64,000 bases of DNA from contig MU057936.1 of the NCBI GenBank assembly GCA_013265495.1, forward strand, positions 261,195-325,194, in the 5' to 3' direction. Source of the stretch: Vicugna vicugna. Its lineage: Eukaryota. The translations under genes were made by a program, and so were the position numbers. Below, piece after piece: positions 9,964 through 24,429 of the stretch. How positions within the stretch are numbered: the first letter of the stretch is position 1; the number at the start of each line of letters is the position of its first letter. The notes under the pieces were generated by a model. It saw only the letters and a list, made by a program, of their open reading frames with translations. It did no database searches and had not been told where the DNA came from.

Positions 9964-12900
9964 TTGGGTTTATTTCTAGGTTCTTGATTCTTTTTCATTG
10001 GTCAGTGCCTCTATTTTAATGCCAGTACGATACTGTTCTGATAACTATAGCTTTATAATATAGCTTGAATTCCAGAAGTGTGATGCCTTGTTCATTCTTT
10101 TCTAGGATTGCTTTGACTATTCAGGGTTTTTTTTTTTGTGTCTACCTAAATTTTAGGATTGTTGCTTTTATGTCTGAAAAAAATGCCATTGGACTCTAGG
10201 TATGGATTGCATTAAACCTATGAATAGCTTTGGGTAGTATGGAAATTTTAGCAGTATTAATTCTTCCAATCTATGAACAAGCTATATCTTTCTATTTATT
10301 TGTGTTTTCTTTGATTTTTCCATCAGTGTCTGACAGTTTTCAGTGTAGAGGTCTTTTGCCTGCTTTGGCTATATTTTTTTCCTAAGTATTTTATTGGTTT
10401 TGATGGTATTGTAAATAGGATCATTTACTTCATTTTGAGATAATTCTTTGTTAGTGTATGGAAACATTACTTATTTTTGCATGTTAATTTTGTATCCTGA
10501 AACTTGACTGTATTTGTTGATTAGAGTGAACCTTTTTTGGTGAAGTCTTTAGGATTTTTCTAGGTATAAAATCATGTCATCTGGAAATAGAGACAGTTTT
10601 ATTTTTTTTCCCCCAAATTCTGATGGATTTTATCTTTTTTTTTCTTGCCTGATAGTACTGGAATTTCTAGGCAGTGCATTGTTGAATGGAAGTGGTGAGA
10701 GTGGGCACCCTTGTCTTATTTCTAATCTTAGAGGAAAGCTTTCAACCTTTCATCATTTAGTATATTTGCTGTTAGCTTGTCAACAGTATGACAATGTTTT
10801 ATATTATTATTATATTAAGGTAAATCCCTTCAGTACCTAATTTGTAAAGAACTTTTTTTTTATCATGAACTGATGTTGAATTTTGTTAAATGCATTTTCT
10901 ACATCCACTGAGTTGATAATGTGGTTTTTACTTTTCATTCTATTCATATGAAGTATCACATTGATTAATTCATGTGTGTTGAACCATCCCTGCATCCCAG
11001 AGATAAATCCCACTTGATTATGGTGAATAATGATCTTTTTAATGTGCTGCTGAGTTCAGTTCACTAGTATTTTACTGAGAATTTTGCATCTATATTTATC
11101 AGGGATATTGGTCTGTACTTTTCTGGTAATGTCCTTTTCTGGCTTTGGTAGCAGGGTAAGTTTGGGAGTGTTTCTCCTCTCTGATTTTTTTGGAAGAGTT
11201 TGGAAAATAGTGGCATTAATTTTTTAAATGTTTGGTAAAATTCAACTCTGAAGCCATCTGGTCCTGGGCTTTTCTTTGGGAATTTGTGATTACTGATTCA
11301 GTCTCTTTACTAGTAATTGGTCTGTTCAGATTTTCTTTTCTTCCTGATTCAGTCATGCTGATTGTATTTTTACAATACTTTTTCCATTTCTTCCAGGTTG
11401 TCCTGTTTTTTGGCATATAGTTAATCACAGTAGCCTCATGATTCTTTGTATTTCTGTGGTATCTGTTCTAATGTCTAACTTTTTATTTATAATTTTGTTG
11501 ATTTGGATCCTTTCTCTTTTTTCCTTGGTTAGTCTAGCTATAGGTATGTCAATTTTGTTTACCTTTTCGAAGAGACAACTTTTAGTTTGATTAATTTTTA
11601 TATATTATATATATATATTTTTTATAATACATATTTTTATATTATTTCCCTATTCACAATTTCATGTATTTATTCTCTTGTATTATTTTCCTCCTGCTAA
11701 CTTTGGGCTTGGTTTTCTTATTTTTCTAGTTCCCTAAAGCACAGAGTTAGGTTATTTATTTGAAATTTTTCTGGTTTCCAAATGTAGGTGTTTATTGCTA
11801 TGAACTTCCTCTTAGCATTGCTTTTGCTATATCCCAGAAGTTTTGGTATGCTGTTTCCATTTTCATTTGTCTCAAGTTACTTGTTATTTCCTCTGTAATT
11901 TCTTTGATCCACTGGTTGTTCAGGAAAGTGTTTTTATATTTCCAACTATTTGTGAATTTTTCAGTTTTCCTCCTGTTACTAACTTCTCATTTCATACCAC
12001 TGTGGTCAGAAAAGATATTTAGTATGATTTCAATGTTCTTGAATTTGCTAAGACTTGCTTAACATACGGTCTATCCTGGAAAATGTTTCACGTCTGCTTG
12101 AGAAGAATGTGTATTCTGCTGATGTCAGATCGAATGCTATGTTTATGTCTGTTAGGTTCATTTGGTGTATGTTGTTGTTCAGATCCACTGTTTCCTTACT
12201 GATTATCTGGATGGTCTCTCCATTGTTGAGAGTGGGTAATTAAAGTCCCAACTATTATTGTATTGTTGTTTATTTCTTCTTTTAAGTCCTTTAGTTCTTG
12301 CTTTATATATTTGGGTACACCAATGTTGGGTGAATAAATACTTAAATTTGCTATGTATTTTGTCTCTCTTTACCGTTTTTAGTTTGAAGTCTGCTAGCTA
12401 TTCCTGTGTTTTCTGGATACCATTTGCTTGAAATATTTTTTTCTGTGTCTTCACTCTTAGTATGTGTGTCTGAAAGGCTGAAGTCAGTCTCTTGTAAGCA
12501 GTGTATCATTGATACTGTTTTTTAAATCCATTCATCCATTCTATGTCCTTTGATTGGATAATTTTATTTCATTTCATTGAGTAATGAATGATAGGTAAGG
12601 GTTCACTATTGTCATTTCCTTAATTGTTTTCTGACTGTTTTGTAAATGCATTGTTCCTGCTGTCTTTTTTTGTGTGTATTTTGATGTCTTGGTATCTGTA
12701 TACTTTGAATTCTTAATCATGTTCTTTTGTGTAATGCTAAAGATTTTGTCCTTGTGGTCATCATGAGACTCACCTAATACAGCTTAAAGTTGCAACACCC
12801 TATTTTACACTGATAACAGCTTAACGTCAATTGAATGTGTAAGCTTGACACTTTTACTTCTCCTTCCCTCACGTTTTTGGTTATTAGTATTACAGTTTAT

Positions 12901-15900
12901 ATATTTTTCATATTGTGTAACTAATAACAGATTATTGTAGTTATGGTACTTTTTACTGTCTTTGTTTTTAACTTTTAAACTAGAGTGGTAAGTGAATTAT
13001 GTACCACCATTATCATATTACAGAATCTAACTTTGACTATACATTTACCATTACCAGTGAGTTTCACTCTACCTTTTTATGTTTTTATGACGTTTATTAT
13101 TGTCCTTTTACTTCCACTCAGGGAACTCCCTTTAGCATTTTTTATATCGCAGGTCTAGTGGTGACAAACTCCCTCAGCTTTTGTTTGTTTGAGAAAGTCT
13201 TTATCCCACTTTGATTTCTGAGGGACAGCTTTGTTAGGTATAGAAATCTTGGTTAAGTTTTTTTTTTTAATTCAAAATTTTGAATATATCATTCCATTCT
13301 CTCCTGACCTGAAATAGTTTTGTTGAAAACTCCATTGTTAGTGTTATGGGGGCTCCCTTGTCTGCAACTTCTCTTGCTGTTTACAAAATTCTTTGTCTTC
13401 GACGTCTGACAATTTAATTGTAATGTGTCTTGGCATAGCCCTATTTGAGTTCAACCTATTTGGGATCCTTTAAGACTCATGGGTCTGAATGTCCATTTCT
13501 CTCCCTTGGTTTGTGAGGTTTTCAGCTATTATTGTTTTAAATACAGTTTCTGTCTCTTTGTCTTTCTCTTTCTGGAATTCCCATAATGCAGGTATTATTA
13601 TTTTTTTTCTCCATTGTGTCCTGTATGTCCCATCAGCGTCTTTACTCTTTTCATTCTTTTTTCTCCTCTGGGTAATTTCAATATTCCTGTCTTCTCAAGC
13701 ATTAATTCCTTATTCTGCATGGTTGAGTCTACTTTTGAAACTCTCTATTGAATTCTTTAGTTTACTCATTATATTTTTATACTTTTTAGCTCTAGGATTT
13801 GTTTTTATTGTCTATTTTTGATGGTTTTTATCTCTTTGAACTTTTATTTTTGTTCATGTATTGTTTTCCTGATTTCATTGAGTTGTCTGTGTATTCTTGT
13901 ATTTAACTTCTTTAAACAGATTATTCTGAATTCTTTGATGGTTCATACATTTCTGTTTCTTTAGGGTCAGTTATTGAAGCTTTATTAGTTTCGTTTGGTG
14001 GTTTCATTTTTACGGTTTTTTAAAAAATGATCTTTGATTCCTTATATTGGTATCTGCACATATTTAAGTGGTTTCCTTTCTCAGACTTTACAGACTTGCT
14101 TTGGCAGAGACAGCTCTTAACCAGTCAGCTCAGTTTGGGTTCCTGGACATACCTACTGGTAAAATCCTTGAGCTGATGGGGCTTGCCATCTGGGTCTATT
14201 TTTCGGTGAGGCCACTGCCTGAGCTCGAGGCTGAGGGTGTGTTATTGGCTGAGAACTGTTGGACAGGACTGTTGGCTCAGTTCCCTGACCCCACGAGGCT
14301 GTAGGACGGGCTCCATGGTTGCCTGGGTTCTCTGCTCGGGCTTCGTAGACGGCGGGGACCATGTACTTTAGTAAGCAGTAGGAGGAGCTATGAATTAATA
14401 TTAGAGAACAGCAACTCTGGGAATCAGATTCTCCCCCCTCCTCAGGGTTTGCTTTTGCTATTCTAGTAGTTTGTTGTTTTAGTGACATTTTGAACTCTTT
14501 TGTAAAGTCTATATTGTCTGTGATATGTGGCCACTGAAGTCTCATTTCTGTTATTGTAGCAGTCAGCTAGTGATCTGACAGTTCCTTAAACACCTAGCGT
14601 GCCCCCTGTAGCCCCATCATAAAAGAAGTGTCCTAGTTTTTGCAGATGGGCTCTTGGTGTCGGAGGAAGCCTTCAACTTCCAGCCATACAATACACAACT
14701 CTGTCATCACTTTACTTCTTGCTTATGGAGGACCTGAAGGTCAAAGGTGAGCGTTCAAAGCCTCTCAGATTTTTTAGAGCATGCATCCAGCTCTGGATAT
14801 GTGCTTGGCTTTCTATATTCCTAAGACAATGTGGGAGCTTTTCAAAGCCCTTACTGTCTTCATTTCCTAGCCTTTCCTCCCAAGATTTTCAGTTTCTCTG
14901 TTTATCCCACTGTTATCCCTTGTCCAGTTGGTAGCAGTTAATGCTTTTACCGCTAAGTATTTTTGACTGCCTCCCTCACCCCTGTCCCCATAGGTGCCTC
15001 CAAGTTCAGAGAGTTCCAAGTAAGGTGAAATAAAGATAAGCCCTTTGAGCTGGTACTTCAGGAAGCCAAAATACAGGGCTAAACGAGCAACCACAATTCT
15101 TTGAGAATAAGGTCCATTTTCTCCCACGAACCTATATCTGGGAAGTGAGCTGTTGTCTTCCATGATGCCACTGAGAAGGGAAGCAGGGGATAAGGCCAGA
15201 GTAAGTTAAAGGTTTTGTCTTGATTGGTTGCTATAAACTGTAGTTTCCAGTGTTCTAATGAAGTTGATTCTCACAGTTTTTGGCAGGTTGTTTGCTACTT
15301 TTCTGTAAGAACATGCTTTTGGAGTTCGCTATTCCATGCTGTCTTCATTGACACTACTCCCTACTTATTTTTAAATGTGGTTTATGAAACTATCATTTCC
15401 ACAAATGCAAGAGGACTGAGTATTGAAAATGTAGCCAAAAGTATGGTGATGATGAAAATGATGTAAACAGTCTGCCTCTCTGCCGTAATTTTAATAGATA
15501 GTGTATGTTGCTTGCCAGTGCAGTATACTTGTGAGTTGGGAACTGTTGGTCCAGAAAGAACATTTTGAACCCTAAGCAGTCTGTTAGTGCTTGTGTGTGT
15601 GTGTGTGTGTTAAGATGAGGGGCTATGAAAGTGGACATCAGTAGATGTTGTATTATAGTGGTTTTCCAATTATGTTCATCAAATTCTGATGTTTGCAGAG
15701 TGAACTTGGACTGACCTGAAGTAAGGGGGATTGACAAGGAAGGTCACAGATGGTGAGGTTCCAAGCTTCCCACTTCCCACTACTAGTCAACCACAGTAGT
15801 CTAGGGTTCTAGGGGAAAATTTTTGAAGCTTAGTTTCCATTGCTAAAAACTTATAAAAATCACAGCACAGCCTGATACACAAGACTGCATGGTAAAGATG

Positions 15901-16603
15901 ACTGATTGTAAACACCATGGGACTTTGAGCAAGAAGAATCTCTGTGAGATGGGGTGGGATTAGGGTTACACTAAATTAGAAGGTGAGAACGTTAGCCCAG
16001 TCTAACCCCCAGGGACAAGGGCTATCGGCACCATTGCTGTCTCACCCCATTAGTGTCTAACGCAAGGTAGGCACTTTGTAAAGATAGGAGCAATGGAAAG
16101 AAATAAGGTTAGCTAAGCCTGTGGGGCCAGATTATAGGTTTTGATCTATAAAAATGTAGTACATAAAGTAAATAAAATTGCTGAGAACAAAATGTCACCA
16201 TACAAAATTTAAGGAAATGGCAGATGATAAGAGTTACAGCAGAAAGACAAGCATTAAGGAGTAGGTGCTCTCAGAGAGCTTCAGGTATGTGGAAAAGGCT
16301 TAGCAAGAGTAGGTGATTTCAAGGAGAGTCAAGAGATGGGAGAACAGATCTGGAACTTGTGGCTGGAACTTTTTGGAAATAGACTTAAGAATTTAAAAAA
16401 GGAAAAGAAGCAAGTCCATATGGCCACAGCCAAGTTTGAAATTGTAACAATTGATCTTTTATGACAGATGTGAGAATAGTGTTATCTTTAAGAAGTAGAT
16501 GGGGTAAGAGGGAGCCTTCTGGGTGCTGGAAATGTCTTGATCTAGGTGTTGGGTTTCATGGATGCATTGATCTCTCCATTAATTTTTATAAATTTCTATA
16601 TAT

Positions 16604-16937
16604 ATAAAAATATTTTTATTGAAGTATAGTCAGTTTACAATGTCAATTTCTGGTGTGCAGCACAGTGCTTCAGTCATATAGGAACACACATATTCATTTT
16701 CATATTCTTTTTCACCATAAGTTAACAAGCTATTGAATATGGTTCCCTGTGCTTTACAGTATAAACTTGTTTATCGGATTTTGTGAGAATCCTCCTGTAC
16801 TTCAAAGCGAGAGACACTCTGCCAGAGTTCAGTAGGTGTTCTGTGCGAGTCCGAGGGTTTGTAGATGTAATTCTTGGTGTGTTTGTGGGAGAGGGCGAGT
16901 TGTGAGTCTCTCTACTCCGCCATCTTGCTGCTACCCG
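16604..16937 (-). mobile_element. 334-bp bipartite mini-L1 (L1 5' end fused to L1 3' end) with 17-bp TSD
   Basis: TSD TATAAATT(T/G)CTATATAT at 16587-16603 and 16938-16954. L1-type start CAAGATGGCGGAGTAG with YY1 motif. L1 3' terminus with AATAAA. Junction at 16774/16775. Confidence 0.82.
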
Positions 16938-17659
16938 TATAAATTGCTATATATTTTTAAAAGTACCTTTTTATGACATTTTAGACAACTCTCTGAAAAC
17001 TTATGCTTATAAAAGGTGTATTTAGACCTACAATTTATACTTAAAATTCTTCCTTGGATATAAGTAAATAGTTTTAATTTTTTATACCATAAAGATCAAG
17101 CCACATTTATATTTGCTTGGTTAATGGTATATCACGTCAGCTTTTAGTTACTTCAAGTAACTGCACTTAGGAAGATACCTGGTGGTCACAAATATTCCCA
17201 TCTTGTGCTTTCCTTTCTCATTTCCTTAAATGTCAACCACAAACTTTTCTGCTAAGGAGGAAGAACCCAGCTCCTTTGTATCTGCAGACAACACTGTTCC
17301 CACTAATTGACAAACTGCACTATAGCAAGCAGCTCGGTCTATCCCATTGGAGCGAGTCTTGCCATTTTGTATCGTGGCAGCATCATTCAAAAGTGGTACA
17401 GATACGTCTTTCTCATGCAGAGCACCCTGAGTTTTTCACCAAATTCTTTCTTACACAGAGAACACCCTGAGTTTTTTACCAGGTAATTTATGATTTCTTT
17501 ACTGAGCAGTATTCCCTAAATATACAAGAACAAAAAGAAATTAATCATTTTATCGCGTTAAAAAGATCATAATTAATAAGAGCTTATGCAGCATGCTTAT
17601 CACCTAACCATAACATAATTAACACATAACAGAAGAAATCTCTTGGGTTTAAAAATAGC

Positions 17660-17665
17660 TTTATT
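17660..17665 (-). terminator. Probable distal polyadenylation signal of PRRG1 (AATAAA)
   Basis: TTTATT on the + strand, in U-rich context on the - strand. A second candidate lies at 18142-18147. Confidence 0.6.
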
Positions 17666-18614
17666 TAGCATACCAAAAACACAGAAACATAAGAAAAACC
17701 TTACCTAGTATAAACATAAAAAGTTAAATACCATAATTTAATGTAAACCAAGTATTTTAAAATGTGAAATATTATAATAAAATACATGCTATTTACAGAG
17801 AACCAAGTTAAAAGCTCCCTCTACAGTTATCATAGCAGATCATCCATCTTGAAGTCATCATTAACAATGAATCAAACACAGCATCTGTATTTGTACAGGA
17901 GATAGGAAAAAAAGAAATCCTTTCACTTACTTTAAGCAGATACAATTCGTTGTGACATTCAAAGCAGGGAGGCAGAAAAGTGCCACTTCGGGGATTCCAG
18001 ACCCAACCACTGCAGGTGGAGGCCGGAAACCATTCCACTAGGAAAGACCACGAAACCCATTCTTTCATTTAGATGCAAACTGGTTGATTCAATTTAGTTA
18101 CTGCTTCAGAAAGGTACTACATAAATCTGTAAAAATAAACCTTTATTAAAAATGATCAAAGGTGAATGTAATATCAATCAGGTAAGAAAGGCAAAAGCAT
18201 AAAAAATATATAGTATTCCAGACAAGCCCCTTTATAATAAATGTTAAGAAACTCGGTTTATAAAACCAGATAGGGTAGCAAAGGGGTTTTTAGAAATGTA
18301 AAACCCAAACCAAAATCAAACGAACAAGCCTAAGAGAAGGTTTCTTAAAGGCAGTGTTTATTTATCTTGTCAGCATCATGTGAGCGCTGCTGTGAGACCT
18401 GTGGCTGAGGCCAGTTATGACTGGAGGAGAGTGTTTTCTTTGACCAACAGTCTGACAAGATGTAGTCATTGATCAGTGTAAGCGTTTGGATTTTGCTTTA
18501 AGGATCAACATTCATTCTTTTACTTAAATTCAGGTATCTCTAAGAGGCAGCATTAAATCCAATACTGGGAGTTTAAAATGTAAAATAAAATTGCAAGAAT
18601 ATATTCTGCTCCTT

Positions 18615-19012
18615 TGTCTAACCCTGTAATTGTCACACTTTTGGTCTCCAGATCCCTTTATACTTTTAACATTTACTGGGGAGCTGGACGCCAAGGAGCT
18701 TTTGTTTCTGGACTTCATATCTACCGGTATTTGTTGTATTAGAAAATAAAACTGAAGACAGTATTCACTTAAAAATTAAGTCCATTACATGCCAACATAA
18801 ATAACATTTTAAAGAAAGGAGCTATATTATTTAAAAGAGAAAAATAATTTGTGGGAAGATGGCACTTACTTTTTAAACTACTTTTTTGAGAGAGAGAGTG
18901 TAAAAAGACAATGTTTGTGTATCACCAGGAAAGCAGCTTTGATCTCACAGATCCTTGCAAAGTTCCTCAGGGACTCCCAGGGCTTCGTAGGCCATACTTT
19001 GAAAACTGCTGG
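18615..19012. mobile_element. Old hAT-Charlie-type DNA transposon fossil within the PRRG1 3' UTR
   Basis: Charlie-like end CATACTTTGAAAACTGCTG and internal resemblance. Family not determined. Confidence 0.5.
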
Positions 19013-19539
19013 TTTAGTCTAAGGCCTGATATTAATGACCGAAAAAAAAAAGTCCACACAAAAAGAACCTTAATTTTCTTTTAAAAATAAACCGAAACAC
19101 ACACACACACACAAATACAAATCAGTGGATCAGACACTCAGCCTTTCAGCTTTAAACAGAAGCCAAAGATCACCATGTACTTGCAGCCAAATTTAAAACA
19201 TTATTGTCATTTCTGCTGAGACCAGGTTCAATATTTTTAATTCATGAAAGCTATAAAACCTATTAACTAACCACATACATCGCAGTTCCTCTTGCCAACA
19301 TCTGTTGATTCCTGTTTGTGCTGAGCTGGCAGTCGTCGTTAAGTTGGCACAGCTTTGGTGTAGACCAGAGAATGGCAGGAGTTTAAGAGGCCATACGCTC
19401 AGATTAGGAACACGTTCGCCATTTATGGGGCAGCCTAGTCTATTTCTCACTGTGTGAAAACTCGGAGAAATTTTAGGGAAACAGGGCAAAGATTCTGCCT
19501 TAAGGGCAGTGAGGACAATGCTACGACCTTACACCTAGA

Positions 19540-19745
19540 TAACTCGTCACATCTTACAGATTACGTTCATGCACACCATCTCATTGGATCCTTTTAAAGC
19601 CCCAGGACAAAGGCAGGACAAAAAATACGGTCACCATTTCAGAGGTGAGGAATTTGAGGGTCTGAAATGGGTGTTTCCCAGGGTAGCCTGGCAAGTACGT
19701 GGCAGGGTGGGATTAGAATTCAGGTCATCTGACTCCTCATTTAGG
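19540..19745 (+). mobile_element. MIR SINE
   Basis: MIR core-like CCATTTCAGAGGTGAGGAATTTGAGG...GGATTAGAATTCAGGTC. Confidence 0.55.
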
Positions 19746-21141
19746 GTCCTCCTTCCTTGGGCTTGGGGCAGGGGTTGGTGGGGATGGAGACGGAGGCAAC
19801 AGGGTATGACATTTCCTCAACCTGCACTCCCTCTGCCTCGTCAACCAATTTACCCAACACTCAGGAGTCTGGGGAGTGGCACAGACACGTCCCTGACTGA
19901 TGGGATGAATTTTCCATCAGTGCACACATAATAGAACTTCACACCAGACAACTGGTTTCTTTCTTTTCTGAGCCAATTGCTGTTGCAGTTCATTCACAGC
20001 CAATTCCCCCCGCTCCAAGGGAAAAGTAAAAATCCTGCAGGTAAAATCTGATGAAAATACAAAATGAAATACCAACACTGAGATCTGTGTGCAGCTATAA
20101 CAGATTTATTGTGCACCTGCCACAGCACAGATTTTGCACTCTTCCGCCACCTACTGGAGAACAATATAAAAATCACACTTCTTAATTTAATGGAAAATTA
20201 CCTCCTAATCATCGTGAGACAAAAGCTTCAGTCTATACAAAACCATTAAGAAAATAACATCAAGAATTTTAGCTAAATTCCTAGGTGTTTGAAGATTCTG
20301 TGGTGGGAGCAGAGGGAGTAGACTAAAATGCAGTGAAACAACGAGGAAGAAAATATTGTCCCCAGAGAGCAAAGGAGAAATCTGCATCTGTTCCCTGTCA
20401 TTAATACCTATGTCTATTTTAGAAAGTATTCCGTTGTCAGGAAATCCACGCTACCAAGATGTTAATACAAATAGCATGAGACATTCAAAGATAATAAGCA
20501 AATACTGTTTAATTCTTGTGGGGGAGGCAGTCAACAGAAAGTCCCTCCTACAAAGCCAGCCCGATGCCACTAATAAGCAAATTCGTGTTTATTGTACCAT
20601 CTTCATTATCTTTCTGAGATGTTTCTAAAGTCGAGATTGACTACATTCATTTTTTTTTTAAGGTCAGAAAACCTTAAGAAAAAGGAGGTTAATGAAAACC
20701 TGTAAGAATTAGAAGACATGCTCAGGTCATCTTATTTTCAAAAGTCAACAGCATATTGCTGGCTATGACACAAATGGTTGGTGCCTTCCGCCCCCCCCAA
20801 TTTTGGTGAGTAATGTTCCCTTTATGGGTGATTTAGACAGAAGTTAATAGTGTTTTAAGTGAGTTGTGCATATACTGGGCTGATGCGCACACACGCGTGT
20901 GTGTACACATGAAGACCCCCCACTAGCCTGTTTTCCCTCTTCACATATTTCCATTAGCAAAAATGAGCATAGATAATGATTTTATAGTAGGAAATAAAAC
21001 TAATGAAAATCAAATCAGAATGCAAAGTGGTATGCTGGCAGAGTCCAATAAGTCAAATGGACATTTATGTAGTGGTAAAGTGCTAGAAAGTTCTTTCATT
21101 AGTATTTTAAAAACAATTATAGTAAAAAGAGGTTTGTAGTT

Positions 21142-21657
<516 letters not shown>

Positions 21658-23289
21658 TCAGTGTGACCCAAAGATAGGAAATACCATATGAACACATAGC
21701 TGGGTTCTAGTAACCTGATGAAAACAAAATCCAAAACCAGAGCTGTTGTTTCAAATATTTTTCATGACAAGAAATTACAAATAAACTGTGGTGCTCACTC
21801 TGGATCCTCCCCTAAAACGGTCAGAACCCAGAAGTCTTCAAGACTTGGTGTTATTTGTATTCAGGGAGGAAAAAACAAAGCATGAGGGATTTCCTCTTTC
21901 CCAATTATACCAAATAATCTTCCTTTAAAAATCTAAGTGAACTATCATTTTCCACGTCCAGCTGTGAGGTGGTCACCCCGGATCCTGTCGTCAGTATGCG
22001 CTATTTCAGGCAGGCAGAGGCTTTTAGCGCTCAGCCGCTTCACAGATGGACACCTTGCTTTCAAATGGTTCTGTTTCGGGTCCCTTTCTACCAGAAATTC
22101 CTCCCCAGCTTTCTCTCTAGCCCTGAAGTACACAGATCTAATACATCTACTTAAGGCCCTAGCATATAAACACTCAGTAATTTATAGTGATTATAATGAA
22201 TTTTTATATATCAAGTTTTTGGTACAAACACCACCTCCAATCCCAATGCCTCTGTTTTCAGTGCTTAAACTTCGCCAATAAAGGCCTTTCTCACAGGCAT
22301 ATTTGTTTGCAGGCATTACAGGTCACTAATTAATATTATTTGACTATCTGGCCGAAAGTAAGACTCTGGGCACTAAAGCTACTTGTTTTGTAGCACTATA
22401 TGTTACTAGTCACACAGGCTTTTAAAGTACTCTGTGGGGATAATGATGACCCACAGCCATCAATGTTCCCACCCCTGAGCTAGCTCCTCTATGAGGTACA
22501 GTATTACTCTAACCATCCAGTGATTCTGAGAGAAAATTTGGACATGCTATGTAAGAAATGTGGTCTGCTCTACTGAATGCTCGGAACAGATGAAAACATG
22601 CAAGGTACAGTATGAAAGCAAGCAAAGAGTGGAGATACAGCACTTATTTTAGGAAAACACCCCAAACCTGAAATTATCAAGTGATTGTTTCACTAATAAT
22701 CACTGGATGGAAACTCATAAAACACAGATACAGGAGACTTTTTTAACAATAACTTTTTGTATAATCGTCACTTTATTTCTGATTATAGAAAATGCAATAT
22801 AAAACTTTACTAATGCAGGCACATCTAAAAAAACCAGTCATCTACAATTATAATCTGCAAGTATATCACAAAGATACAATCATTATTAACAAACATCTTT
22901 GGTTTACATCATTTAAAAAACAAGGTTTATAAAAGTGGAAGTACAGAACCAGTGAATACTTGTGATTGCAAATAATTGTATAATGCTAACCTTAGATAAA
23001 CAGTAAAAAGTGGCTTCTTAATCTTGTCTGGCCACTTTGGGATAATCAAGCATCAGTAATACATACACATGAAATTGACTTTTCATGTTTCGCTTATGTA
23101 ATTCAATCTCTGGTTTCTCTGGCATGTTGGGAAATGAAATCTACAGACTAGTATGTTTTTTCTTTTAGGGCAAAAAACTAGGAAAGAAAATCAGACTCTC
23201 ATTTTGAAGAGTTAAAGTAAAAATGGCATTGTAGTTCCATTTTTGTCTTTAAGTATAGTAACTCAATTCTCAATCCACACCCAATAATG

Positions 23290-23425
23290 AAGGTATAATT
23301 AATTATCATCCTCACTTTCAGATGAGGAAATGGAGGCTCAGAGAGGTTACCTAATAATAAAACCAAGGTCATTTAAAACAGAAATGTTGGAGCTGGGATT
23401 TGAAGGCAAGAGGCCCAGCATCAGA
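23290..23425 (+). mobile_element. MIR SINE
   Basis: CACTTTCAGATGAGGAAATGGAGGCTCAGAGAGGTTA...GCTGGGATTTGAA. Confidence 0.65.
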
Positions 23426-24429
23426 GCAGACAAAAAGCAATCTGCTCTGATGTAGAAGGTATTTTGAACTTGGCCACTGTCGGAGAAAATTTAATTTTCC
23501 CATCATGTCATAGGTGTAGCTGAAAGTAAGTGACACTGATCTGAATACAAAGGTACTGACAGATTTCTTTGGGAACTTGACATCAGGTAAAATATTATAA
23601 GAAGTATCATTCAAACAACTAAACGTAGTTTATTGCTCTGGTAAGCTATTTAAATTCTTCTTTATCTTTAATTTAAAAAGCCCAAAAAGTTATTAAGACA
23701 GAGCAAATGATTTCAAGACTTGGTAAAACAGTTCTTTAGAGGGAATGAAAATTTGTTTAATGAAGAAAAACAATTTACTGAAACCCTTTAAGTCTTTTTA
23801 ATTCTTTTTAATTCTAATAGTTTTAGATCAGGTAGAAAATTATACAAATAATACATGTATTCATCACAGCAGGTAAGTTTTAGACTCTTTCACATGCTGA
23901 ATTTGGGGGGTCCTTCATAAAAGGTTTGCTTTTCTGTTTCTCAATAGAATTGAGAGACTCTTCAAAGAGTAGTTTTCAGTCTCTGATTAATCAGCTCAGA
24001 CTCTATTTTGGAGGGTAGTGATGTTCCCAGTGAGAAGGCCCAGCAGCATCCATCTCCCCCATTCCCTAGGGCTTTTCCTGGTCCTTGAACAAGCATGACA
24101 GGAAAGACAGCCAGAGATGAGGGAAGAAACCCAAACTCCAAAAGTTGCCTTGTTGATTGAGAACAAGTTGGGACATTACAGCAAGAGGTGGATTAAAACT
24201 TTTAAAATTCTCTATCAGGGATGGATGTTCTACAGAAAATGACTGGAGTTACAAAAAGTCACTTAACATCTTTGTGTTACTTCCTTCATGCAGATCTAAG
24301 TTTTGACAAAACAATACTTGTAAAGTACAATACAAAGAAGTAAGGCCACTATGGTGTCAATTCCATTTACTTCAAGTTGACAGTTACACGGCTGGGGGAT
24401 GAAGAAGGAGGTACGTACCTATATTCCTT

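Larger units (their letters stand above)
7664..15360 (-). mobile_element. Old, near full-length degenerate LINE-1 (3' UTR, ORF2, ORF1, 5' region)
   Basis: T-rich + strand and multiple broken ORF2-like peptides on the - strand (e.g. [32 protein letters not shown]). Confidence 0.88.
17640..21141 (-). other. PRRG1: PRRG1 3' UTR (~3.5 kb, end approximate)
   Basis: AT-rich, largely repeat-poor sequence between the stop codon and AATAAA signals at 18142-18147 and 17660-17665. Confidence 0.65.

Noticed and set aside
17420..17483. Short direct repeat AGA(G/A)CACCCTGAGTTTTT(C/T)ACCA occurring twice
   Set aside because: Only two copies; a simple local duplication, not a CRISPR-like or regulatory array.
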